Of a DNA stretch of 64,000 nt, positions 28,713-40,269 are shown piece after piece. The notes under the pieces were generated by a model. That model saw nothing but the letters and a program-made list of their open reading frames with translations, had not been told where the DNA came from and did no database searches. The DNA is taken from the NCBI GenBank assembly GCA_964016885.1, contig OZ024742.1, positions 48,484,001 to 48,548,000 on the forward strand, in the 5' to 3' direction. Origin of the DNA: Eledone cirrhosa. Taxonomy: Eukaryota. The position numbers were made by a program, and so were the translations under genes. Positions within the stretch are counted from its first letter, which is position 1; each line of letters opens with the position of its first letter.

Positions 28713-30008
28713 CATACATACACATACATACATACACATAAACATATACATACATAAATACACACATACGAATAAAGACATATATTCACACATAGACACC
28801 TATATATATATATATATATATCTATATATATATATACCTATATATATATATATATATATATACACATACACACACACACACACACACAGACACACATACA
28901 CACTCACATATATATATATGTGTGTATGTGTGTGTGCGCACATACACATATATACACACACACATACAAACACACACAAACACATACATATGCATACGTG
29001 CACACACACACACATATATCACATAGATACGAAGATAAACATATAAATAGAGAGACATACGTATATATACACAACACACATACACATACATACATACACG
29101 CATATACATATACATACATATATACACATATATATATTCCTATATATACAAGCATACACATACATACACATATATACACATACATACACATATACATACA
29201 ACACATTCACATACACATACATATATAATGCATATATATACATATATATACATACATATGTATGTACAATCATATATACACACACAATCTTACATTCATA
29301 TTTGCATGCTCATATATGTATTTTTATATTTAGATATAAATACCCAAACCTATATATACACCTACCTACATATATATTCATACATAGACGCTTACAAATA
29401 CAGATGATAATAGTATGGGGGAAAGGGGGGGTTTGGAGAAGGGGATCAAAGTAAATATATGTTTCAAGAAACATATAATATTTTCCGTATCTTTATTCAA
29501 TGTATGTTCTTACATATTTTCAGTGCTATGAAATACGAAATCTATGCATCTCAAAATAAATAAGTATACCATTAATCATATGTTAACTAAATCAAAGATA
29601 GTCAACATATTGATTTCTAAGGTGTAAATTAGTTAGGTTTATAATATTTGAAGCAGAATTTTGAAGTCAAACAGTAGTAGATTATTAATTACAGTATAAC
29701 TAAATTAAAGTTAATAACGTTATGGTATCAATATTAGGAAATGAATTTAGTAATAGGGAAAAGAAACCCAAATAAAAATAAAATAAAGTATTACATCGGT
29801 AGTAGCATATAAATTATATGTTAACTAAATTAAAAATTATATATTTATTTCAATAGTATACGTTAATTAGTATATGTTAATTAGGTATACTATACATAAA
29901 GCAGATATTGTATTTCATCAATAGCATAATATAATTATATGCAAATAGAAATCAAAATTAATACGCATACATATACATATACATAGACATACACATATAC
30001 ATACATAT

Positions 30009-30057
<49 letters not shown>

Positions 30058-30586
30058 TACACATATATACATACATACAGATACACATACACAACACACA
30101 CATACACATACACATATACATATACATATCTTTTTCAAAAAATTGCACAGAATATATTAACTAGGTATATATCCAAAACACATCCCATTCTATGATTACA
30201 TGACATTCTGCAATTCGTCTGTATAAGGATACTAATTTTAAGCAAATTAAAATTAAAATTTTTAGGTTGATTAAAACTAAAACCAAATAATAAATATATT
30301 TCCAAAATGTATATTAATTAGGTCTATAATACTAAAAATTATTTCTCTGTCATTGGATACATGATATTATTTTGTTATATTTTATCTGTAAAAGAATTAT
30401 AATAAAAGGTTTAAATAAATTAAAATTAATCTATAAATTAAATTACTAAGTATATATTAGTAATATTTAAAGGTTTTTCACAATTTATGATTACATAATA
30501 TTTTCTCATCTGTAATAAAATATTAATTAAATTAAATTTATAGGTTAACTAACATTTAAATTAAATTAATTTCTAGAATAATGTTA

Positions 30587-32089
30587 TTAATTAGGTTTAT
30601 AATATTTAAATGTTTTTTTTAGTTTATGATTACACGATATAATTAATTCCTGTCGTTTATTTAATAAGATATCCTTAGATTTCATTATTTCAAATAGTTC
30701 TTGGGAACATAATCTACATTCCTTTCTATTATTTTGATAAGGGGTGGCTCTTTTGAGCACACTCCAGGTCAAATCATATTTTATATTCTTATTTTTATAA
30801 CTATTGATTTTTTCTGCTAGAGATGTTGTATTAGCCAGTGCGGCATTTTTAAAACTATGCTTGTGGGTATTAAACCTTGTCTTAAAATTGTTAGAGGTAG
30901 CTCCTATATATGAGCAAATAGAATCTTTAGTTTTAACATTACATTTATAGACTATGTTGTTAACAAGACAATTCCCTTTTAATGGGCAGTTTGTTTTGTT
31001 TCTACAGTTACATCCTTTCGTTAATTCTGTATTTGAGGAGATATTATGGTTAATTTGATGTACTGGTGGTATACTTATGGTTTTCTTACATTTATATGCA
31101 TTATATGCACTTATATTTTGTTTTATGTTATTTGTTGTAGAGTATGAGAATTTAACTGTAGACCTATTTAAGATTTGATGGTATTTGTGGTTTGGCGGGA
31201 AGTTTTTCTCAAGGATATAAAAAAATTTTTTAGCAATATTATCCTTAACTTGTAAATTAAAAGGAGCATTATACCAAGTAACTCGTCTATTACGGTTTCT
31301 ATGTTGTTTATTATTTTTATTATTTTTATAGGTTGTATCATGATTTTTACTAGGAGGATTAATGTTAATGATCTCACCACAACTATTTTTAGTTATATTT
31401 GTAGATTTAGGTGTTTTATCTTTTTTATTAGGAGTTTTATTATTAATATTTATTATAGTTGTATGATGAGTAGTTTTTTGAGGGTTACTATACTTTATAT
31501 TAGAAGATTTAGTATTTTGGGGTATATTGTGGGTGGCATTTAGGTGTGTACTTTTCATTTGGTGTTTGTTGGTAATATTATGCTGTATGCTTTCAGTATT
31601 TTTAGTAGAAGGTATATACTCTAATCTATTTTTGTGGCCACTTCTATCTAGAGCTTCATTATAAAAGGTCGCATTTTTATCAAATACATCTTGGTTAGAA
31701 GAAAGGTTAGAAATTCTAAGTGATATATTATATGCAAGGTTTTTAAGGATAGATTTAGGGTGATTAGATTGTGAGTGTATGTAATGTAAGTTTTGGTTAG
31801 GTTTATGGTAAGGTTGGTATATACCCGTAGCTAAATCTAAAGTTATATCTAGGAAATTTACTACTTTACTTGTTTTTTCAAAAGTAATATTAAGATTATA
31901 ATAGTCTTTAAGGAAAGTTCTAATATGTTTTTTGTTTTTTTCGATTTCTGAAAGGCTAAGGTTGTTAGAAAGAAGAAGACAGTCATCACGATATAAACCA
32001 CCTTTGAGGTGGGGAAAAGAGGCATTTATGTTGAAAAGGAGAAAGAGGCCCACAAGATCAGTAATTTGGGCGGAATCGCTTGAACCCAT
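30587..32089 (-). CDS. Mirror copy of the Penelope-like RT/GIY-YIG ORF (frame stays open upstream across the apex to 32320)
   Basis: Translation is identical to 32163-33665 in the ORF track. Confidence 0.9.
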   Translation of the reverse strand: MGSSDSAQITDLVGLFLLFNINASFPHLKGGLYRDDCLLLSNNLSLSEIEKNKKHIRTFLKDYYNLNITFEKTSKVVNFLDITLDLATGIYQPYHKPNQNLHYIHSQSNHPKSILKNLAYNISLRISNLSSNQDVFDKNATFYNEALDRSGHKNRLEYIPSTKNTESIQHNITNKHQMKSTHLNATHNIPQNTKSSNIKYSNPQKTTHHTTIININNKTPNKKDKTPKSTNITKNSCGEIININPPSKNHDTTYKNNKNNKQHRNRNRRVTWYNAPFNLQVKDNIAKKFFYILEKNFPPNHKYHQILNRSTVKFSYSTTNNIKQNISAYNAYKCKKTISIPPVHQINHNISSNTELTKGCNCRNKTNCPLKGNCLVNNIVYKCNVKTKDSICSYIGATSNNFKTRFNTHKHSFKNAALANTTSLAEKINSYKNKNIKYDLTWSVLKRATPYQNNRKECRLCSQELFEIMKSKDILLNKRQELIISCNHKLKKTFKYYKPN

Positions 32090-32162
32090 AGTAATATCAA
32101 AAAGATTACATATACAGTAAACACATACAGGAAACACATACAGTAATCTTTTTGATATTACT

Positions 32163-33665
32163 ATGGGTTCAAGCGATTCCGCCCAAATTACTGATCTTGT
32201 GGGCCTCTTTCTCCTTTTCAACATAAATGCCTCTTTTCCCCACCTCAAAGGTGGTTTATATCGTGATGACTGTCTTCTTCTTTCTAACAACCTTAGCCTT
32301 TCAGAAATCGAAAAAAACAAAAAACATATTAGAACTTTCCTTAAAGACTATTATAATCTTAATATTACTTTTGAAAAAACAAGTAAAGTAGTAAATTTCC
32401 TAGATATAACTTTAGATTTAGCTACGGGTATATACCAACCTTACCATAAACCTAACCAAAACTTACATTACATACACTCACAATCTAATCACCCTAAATC
32501 TATCCTTAAAAACCTTGCATATAATATATCACTTAGAATTTCTAACCTTTCTTCTAACCAAGATGTATTTGATAAAAATGCGACCTTTTATAATGAAGCT
32601 CTAGATAGAAGTGGCCACAAAAATAGATTAGAGTATATACCTTCTACTAAAAATACTGAAAGCATACAGCATAATATTACCAACAAACACCAAATGAAAA
32701 GTACACACCTAAATGCCACCCACAATATACCCCAAAATACTAAATCTTCTAATATAAAGTATAGTAACCCTCAAAAAACTACTCATCATACAACTATAAT
32801 AAATATTAATAATAAAACTCCTAATAAAAAAGATAAAACACCTAAATCTACAAATATAACTAAAAATAGTTGTGGTGAGATCATTAACATTAATCCTCCT
32901 AGTAAAAATCATGATACAACCTATAAAAATAATAAAAATAATAAACAACATAGAAACCGTAATAGACGAGTTACTTGGTATAATGCTCCTTTTAATTTAC
33001 AAGTTAAGGATAATATTGCTAAAAAATTTTTTTATATCCTTGAGAAAAACTTCCCGCCAAACCACAAATACCATCAAATCTTAAATAGGTCTACAGTTAA
33101 ATTCTCATACTCTACAACAAATAACATAAAACAAAATATAAGTGCATATAATGCATATAAATGTAAGAAAACCATAAGTATACCACCAGTACATCAAATT
33201 AACCATAATATCTCCTCAAATACAGAATTAACGAAAGGATGTAACTGTAGAAACAAAACAAACTGCCCATTAAAAGGGAATTGTCTTGTTAACAACATAG
33301 TCTATAAATGTAATGTTAAAACTAAAGATTCTATTTGCTCATATATAGGAGCTACCTCTAACAATTTTAAGACAAGGTTTAATACCCACAAGCATAGTTT
33401 TAAAAATGCCGCACTGGCTAATACAACATCTCTAGCAGAAAAAATCAATAGTTATAAAAATAAGAATATAAAATATGATTTGACCTGGAGTGTGCTCAAA
33501 AGAGCCACCCCTTATCAAAATAATAGAAAGGAATGTAGATTATGTTCCCAAGAACTATTTGAAATAATGAAATCTAAGGATATCTTATTAAATAAACGAC
33601 AGGAATTAATTATATCGTGTAATCATAAACTAAAAAAAACATTTAAATATTATAAACCTAATTAA
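32163..33665 (+). CDS. Penelope-like RT (C-terminal half) + CxCx5C linker + GIY-YIG endonuclease; 5'-truncated but uninterrupted, 500 aa
   Basis: FDITMGS (motif B'), GLYRDD (motif C), VNFLDITL, thumb PYHKPN..YIHSQSNHP, TWYNAPF, CNCRNKTNCPLKGNC, IVY..YIG..FKTRFNTH, CRLCSQE, LLNKRQE..CNH. RT motif A is absent. Confidence 0.9.
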   Translation: MGSSDSAQITDLVGLFLLFNINASFPHLKGGLYRDDCLLLSNNLSLSEIEKNKKHIRTFLKDYYNLNITFEKTSKVVNFLDITLDLATGIYQPYHKPNQNLHYIHSQSNHPKSILKNLAYNISLRISNLSSNQDVFDKNATFYNEALDRSGHKNRLEYIPSTKNTESIQHNITNKHQMKSTHLNATHNIPQNTKSSNIKYSNPQKTTHHTTIININNKTPNKKDKTPKSTNITKNSCGEIININPPSKNHDTTYKNNKNNKQHRNRNRRVTWYNAPFNLQVKDNIAKKFFYILEKNFPPNHKYHQILNRSTVKFSYSTTNNIKQNISAYNAYKCKKTISIPPVHQINHNISSNTELTKGCNCRNKTNCPLKGNCLVNNIVYKCNVKTKDSICSYIGATSNNFKTRFNTHKHSFKNAALANTTSLAEKINSYKNKNIKYDLTWSVLKRATPYQNNRKECRLCSQELFEIMKSKDILLNKRQELIISCNHKLKKTFKYYKPN

Positions 33666-34194
33666 TAACATTATTCTAGAAATTAATTTAATTTAAATGT
33701 TAGTTAACCTATAAATTTAATTTAATTAATATTTTATTACAGATGAGAAAATATTATGTAATCATAAATTGTGAAAAACCTTTAAATATTACTAATATAT
33801 ACTTAGTAATTTAATTTATAGATTAATTTTAATTTATTTAAACCTTTTATTATAATTCTTTTACAGATAAAATATAACAAAATAATATCATGTATCCAAT
33901 GACAGAGAAATAATTTTTAGTATTATAGACCTAATTAATATACATTTTGGAAATATATTTATTATTTGGTTTTAGTTTTAATCAACCTAAAAATTTTAAT
34001 TTTAATTTGCTTAAAATTAGTATCCTTATACAGACGAATTGCAGAATGTCATGTAATCATAGAATGGGATGTGTTTTGGATATATACCTAGTTAATATAT
34101 TCTGTGCAATTTTTTGAAAAAGATATGTATATGTATATGTGTATGTGTATGTGTGTGTTGTGTATGTGTATCTGTATGTATGTATATATGTGTA

Positions 34195-34247
<53 letters not shown>

Positions 34248-35541
34248 ATATGTATGTATATGTGTATGTCTATGTATATGTATATGTATGCGTATTAATT
34301 TTGATTTCTATTTGCATATAATTATATTATGCTATTGATGAAATACAATATCTGCTTTATGTATAGTATACCTAATTAACATATACTAATTAACGTATAC
34401 TATTGAAATAAATATATAATTTTTAATTTAGTTAACATATAATTTATATGCTACTACCGATGTAATACTTTATTTTATTTTTATTTGGGTTTCTTTTCCC
34501 TATTACTAAATTCATTTCCTAATATTGATACCATAACGTTATTAACTTTAATTTAGTTATACTGTAATTAATAATCTACTACTGTTTGACTTCAAAATTC
34601 TGCTTCAAATATTATAAACCTAACTAATTTACACCTTAGAAATCAATATGTTGACTATCTTTGATTTAGTTAACATATGATTAATGGTATACTTATTTAT
34701 TTTGAGATGCATAGATTTCGTATTTCATAGCACTGAAAATATGTAAGAACATACATTGAATAAAGATACGGAAAATATTATATGTTTCTTGAAACATATA
34801 TTTACTTTGATCCCCTTCTCCAAACCCCCCCTTTCCCCCATACTATTATCATCTGTATTTGTAAGCGTCTATGTATGAATATATATGTAGGTAGGTGTCT
34901 ATATAGGTTTGGGTATTTATATCTAAATATAAAAATACATATATGAGCATGCAAATATGAATGTAAGATTGTGTGTGTATATATGATTGTACATACATAT
35001 GTATGTATATATATGTATATATATGCATTATATATGTATGTGTATGTGAATGTGTTGTATGTATATGTGTATGTATGTGTATATATGTGTATGTATGTGT
35101 ATGCTTGTATATATAGGAATATATATATGTGTATATATGTATGTATATGTATATGCGTGTATGTATGTATGTGTATGTGTGTTGTGTATATATACGTATG
35201 TCTCTCTATTTATATGTTTATCTTCGTATCTATGTGATATATGTGTGTGTGTGTGCACGTATGCATATGTATGTGTTTGTGTGTGTTTGTATGTGTGTGT
35301 GTATATATGTGTATGTGCGCACACACACATACACACATATATATATATGTGAGTGTGTATGTGTGTCTGTGTGTGTGTGTGTGTGTATGTGTATATATAT
35401 ATATATATATATATAGGTATATATATATATAGATATATATATATATATATATAGGTGTCTATGTGTGAATATATGTCTTTATTCGTATGTGTGTATTTAT
35501 GTATGTATATGTTTATGTGTATGTATGTATGTGTATGTATG

Positions 35542-35578
<37 letters not shown>

Positions 35579-35735
35579 GTATATATATATATGTATATTA
35601 TTCTTTATTATTATAATATAACTTATGTGTATATGTGTATAAGTGAGGTTGTGTATGTATATATAATATGTGTATATATAAGAGTAATAAAATATATATA
35701 TATATATATGTGCATGTCTGTTTTTTATGTGTGTG

Positions 35736-35775
<40 letters not shown>

Positions 35776-35903
35776 TACGTGTGTGTATATAGATATATAT
35801 ATATATATATATATGTGGGTGTTTGTATGTGTATTTATGGTGGTATGAGTGTGTGGATATATATGTTTATATATATATATATATATATATATGTATGAGT
35901 CTA

Positions 35904-35950
<47 letters not shown>

Positions 35951-36265
35951 ATATATGTGTGTGTATATATATATATATGTGTATGTATGTGTGTATATAT
36001 ATATATATATCTATTAATGCGTGTGTGTATGTATATACATATGCCTTTTTATTATTATTTTTATTTGTATGTCTGAGTTTGGTGAGGTTGTATTGTTTTT
36101 TATGTATATACACATATATGGAAGCGTATGTATTTATATATATGAGTATAAGTAGGTGCATATGTATGTATGATTATATATCTAATTCTATGTATGAAGG
36201 TACATCTATATATATATATATATACGTGTGTATGTAAGTTGTGTGTGTATGTATCTATATGTCTA

Positions 36266-36318
<53 letters not shown>

Positions 36319-36409
36319 CGATGTGCGTATATGTATGTACATGTATGTACATGTATGTGTGTATGTATGTGTATGTATATTTAGATCTATGTGTATGTAT
36401 ATGTATGTA

Positions 36410-36480
<71 letters not shown>

Positions 36481-37304
36481 GGATATATATCTTTATTATC
36501 TATTTTTTATATATATGTGTATGTGTGTATGTGTTGCGCGTGCGTGTGTGTGTATATATATATCTTTTTATATGTGTATGTGTATGTTCGTGTAAGTGTA
36601 TGTATGTGTATGACTGTATATGTATGTGTGTATGTGTGTATGCGTAAATATTTCTATGTGCGCGTACATATATGTATGTGTGTATATATATCTGTATGTG
36701 TATGTATATTATATTATATTTATTATATTTTATTGTTTTATTTTTTTATTTTTCTTAATTTATAGATACATTTATATTAGGCAGTCTGCTCAGACAATTG
36801 AATACTGACCCTTCCCCCCCCTTTCCCCCCCCCCCCTCCCACCTAATTTCTGTATCTTGATCTTGAAATGTGTGTGCCAGTGTTTTATGTGAGTGATTTA
36901 ATTTCCATGTGCTTATGATTTTATATCCACATATATAAATGTGAGTGGGGGTGTGTGTGTGTTTGTATGTTTGTGGTTATGTGTATATTTATGCATATAC
37001 GCGCATGTATGTGTGATTATACTGATATGTGTGAGTATGAAAAAATATATTTATATGCTTGACTCCATAAGTATCAATGCGCACCTTATCAGCGCATTTT
37101 AAGCTTACAGAGATATTAACCTTGAAATTTTGTGTTTGCATCCATCTTTTTAGTATGCGTATACAAGTTATACATACATTTTTGTAAAATATGTGTAAGG
37201 ATTTTACATGTATATACACACACCGAACTGCTTTAACCCTTTGTGTTTTCATTGGTCAATTTTGAACTGATATTTTGAATTGTTGTTATTATCAATAAAT
37301 ATAC

Positions 37305-37459
37305 TTCATTATTTCTGAAGACGGCGTATATATGTGTTAGGTATGTATATTTAATCTTGATAATTTGTATAATTTTGTATAATTTTGTACATAGATCTGT
37401 TGAATATGCATACCAATTATAACACATATATACCCTAGAAACGATCGTTAAATAATGAA
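37305..37459 (+). ncRNA. Type I hammerhead-like ribozyme near the PLE 3' end (variant stem II base, GUU site)
   Basis: Stem I TTCATTATTT/AAATAATGAA; CTGAAGA at 37315; stem II GTATATATGTGTTA/TAACACATATATAC; GAAAC-GATC-GTT at 37438-37449. Confidence 0.72.
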
Positions 37460-37644
37460 CTTTTTTTGTTTAATATAAGGAATTGTTTATTCATTATTTG
37501 TTTAATATTTTATCTTGACTCTGTATACCGTTTATCTTTCACCGAAAGTGGATTTTCATTACATCTCTTCTTTCCATGATATCCGGAATACATTGAGTTC
37601 TTCATACGGATTGGACACTACCGTAAACTCTTGGTAGATTTATC

Positions 37645-37733
<89 letters not shown>

Positions 37734-37767
37734 TTTTCTCGCAGCTTGTATATATTATATTTTTATA

Positions 37768-37811
<44 letters not shown>

Positions 37812-38018
37812 TGTATAAATAAAAATATATATAATTTAAAGCATATGTATTTTATAAATGACCGACATGGTCCGATTACAAAACCATACGCTACTAAATC
37901 ACACTCGGTAAATAATAGAGTAAAATATAACGGATTTTTCACGAGTAGCATTCTTAAATACTCTACAGATGATAAAGAACCATTGGAAATTATAAATGAT
38001 ATTTCAGTAGCTTGAGTA

Positions 38019-38079
<61 letters not shown>

Positions 38080-38163
38080 TATGGCAGCGATAATGAGGGA
38101 CAGAGACCGCTGGAGAGAATTCGTCCATGGATCTCGGGAATTTTACCCGCCTTAGATAGATAG
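38080..38163 (+). mobile_element. Very short 3' end of an RTE-type LINE with a (TAGA) tail
   Basis: Matches 41740-41817 (GATCTCGGGAATTTTACCCGCCTTAGATA). Confidence 0.8.
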
Positions 38164-38486
38164 ATATAAGTATTAATAAAATAGATGTTCTTTTGATCAA
38201 TTGCATTTTATTATATATATTTCGGATGTACAACAGTACGTCCTCATCAGATAATGATACATCTATAATGATACATGTATCATTATATTTTGTCTGATGA
38301 GGACGTACTGTTGTACATCCGAAATATGGATAATAAAATGTAATTAATCAAAAGAACATCTATTTTATTAATACTTATATTTTAATATTAATAACTCCTG
38401 AAAATTAATTATCTGTTAAGTGCTTCCAATCTACTGTAAAACTCATTCTTTGACATAATCATCGAATACTGTTTAACAACTTAATA

Positions 38487-38490
<4 letters not shown>
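38164..38490 (+). mobile_element. Small fold-back element with hammerhead (arms 38164-38250 and 38294-38380, plus tail)
   Basis: 87-bp inverted repeat, HHR core in both arms, ~110-bp tail, then (TA)n. Confidence 0.8.
38282..38344 (+). ncRNA. Minimal type I hammerhead ribozyme (AUA site)
   Basis: 12-bp stem I ATTATATTTTGT/ATAAAATGTAAT, CTGATGA, stem II GGACGTAC/GTACATCC, GAAAT-ATGG-ATA. Confidence 0.8.
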
Positions 38491-38560
<70 letters not shown>

Positions 38561-38731
38561 TATTAAGTTTTAATATATATATTAGTGCCATGAAAACTCT
38601 TTTTCAGTTTGTATGGCGTTTTAACATATTGTTTAGCTCTGTTTTTTTTAACTATTGAGCGCTTGCCAGCATAACTCTGATTTTGCGTTCCGTTTCACTT
38701 TTTCTACCCGCCGAAATGCGATTCTCGTTGA

Positions 38732-38788
<57 letters not shown>

Positions 38789-38794
38789 ACAAAT

Positions 38795-39287
38795 AACCCA
38801 GTACAACCTGTTGCTTGGTGGGGTCGTCGGCGACCAAACCGGCAACCCCACCAAGTTTACTTGGTGAGGAGGGTGGTTTTGGACAAGCTGCAGGATAGAA
38901 AACAAAACCTGATAAAGGGTGGAAGAACTCATAAGAGTCAACGGCCATCCGAAAGTCTGTAAATATGTATATACACATGTACCGCCCGGTTAAACCACTG
39001 GGAGTAAAGGAACCCTAGCCTTTGTCGGCATTCTTCTAGGAGAAGGAAACTCAGGAAACTGGTATAACTCCGATATAAAACCTACGGCTCAGTAGTTACC
39101 GATGATGCTAATCTTTTCTTATTTTCGGGTTATAGCTACTGTCGCTCAGAGAGTGGGATTGGCTCAGTGCACAGTCTTTCCGCACTTTAAAAAATATCTT
39201 CAGGCACAGGTATTGCACGATAGCATTAATTAATAATTAATAATAATGGTATAACGTGCAATGGCCATATTCGATAACGAAGGTGCA

Positions 39288-39294
<7 letters not shown>
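38795..39294 (+). repeat. Unclassified interspersed repeat between (TA)n tracts; second copy at 50195-50803
   Basis: Shared CAGTACAACCTGT...GGCGAC.AAAC.GGCAACCCCACCAAG...TGGTGAGGAGGG...TAGCCTTTGTC...TTCTAGGAGAAGGAAA and the 3' end GCAGCCA.CATATA. Confidence 0.75.
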
Positions 39295-39331
<37 letters not shown>

Positions 39332-39537
39332 ATGATATTAATAAATGGAAACTATATTTATAAAACCATATTTATTATTTTATATATATTTCAAGGGTAC
39401 CAAAATTTTCGTACGCCGTCATCAGATAAAATACAAAGTTTGTTTTATAAATATTGACATACCCAGGAATCAGACCTTAACGGTTCAAGTTCTGTCAAAT
39501 TAAATATCCTTTTGCTTATATATATATATATATATAT

Positions 39538-40217
39538 AAGGATTTAAATGGATACAGTTTAGTTAAAAGGAATTTATTGACACGTGTTTCAATAACAGTT
39601 ACATAACCTGAAAACAGCTGCTATCTACAAAGTATTAGTTATGCAGACATTCAATATTTCAATGTTATTATCAACTGTCATTAAATCAGAATAATTTTAT
39701 TGAGGACCTGTTTGGTTTTTATAGAGAATATTAGGAAGGAGGGGTGAAGTTGTTAGAAGAATAGTTGAGGGAGTGGTTTTTTGATAGCAGTGAGAATTTT
39801 TGGTGGCAGTGTGTAATTAGATTCCCATCTGTTGTTTTGACATTTTTATAGAATATATTATTGGTTATTTTTCTAAATCTATAGAAAGATTAGACATAGT
39901 ATAAATATGCATGGTTGGTTTTGTGTTTGCACTGAATTAACATTCAGACTTAAATTTTTCTTTCAAGTCTACGTATCCTTTCGCCCACGCATTCACACAC
40001 AAACATATATGCACACCTCTACAAAATACATATACTCATATACACATATTTACATGCTCATACTTACATACATATACACATGCACATATATATATACATA
40101 TATATACATATATATATATATACATACATACGCATTCATGTGTATACACTTTCATACTCAACTTATCTTTATATACACACGTATAGACACACACATATAT
40201 ACATACATATTCCTGTC

Positions 40218-40269
<52 letters not shown>

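Larger units (their letters stand above)
26738..37513. repeat. Giant palindrome: arms 26738-32109 and 32143-37513, 33-bp spacer
   Basis: Mirror-image ORF track; arm termini and apex read directly. The arms differ only by microsatellite/homopolymer variation and a few substitutions. Confidence 0.97.
26738..37647 (+). mobile_element. Penelope-like element (C-terminal GIY-YIG type) inserted as an inverted/forward pair within (TA)n
   Basis: PLE RT + GIY-YIG ORFs, a terminal hammerhead-like motif, a ~135-bp extra tail on the forward copy, and (TA)n on both sides. Confidence 0.88.

Noticed and set aside
26738-37513. Interpretation as a DNA transposon with giant TIRs, or as a pure assembly artefact
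   Set aside because: The arms encode RT and GIY-YIG and the ends are asymmetric. The arms differ at substitutions (e.g. 27147, 28048) and the same layout recurs in small elements. An artefact is less likely but only read data can exclude it.
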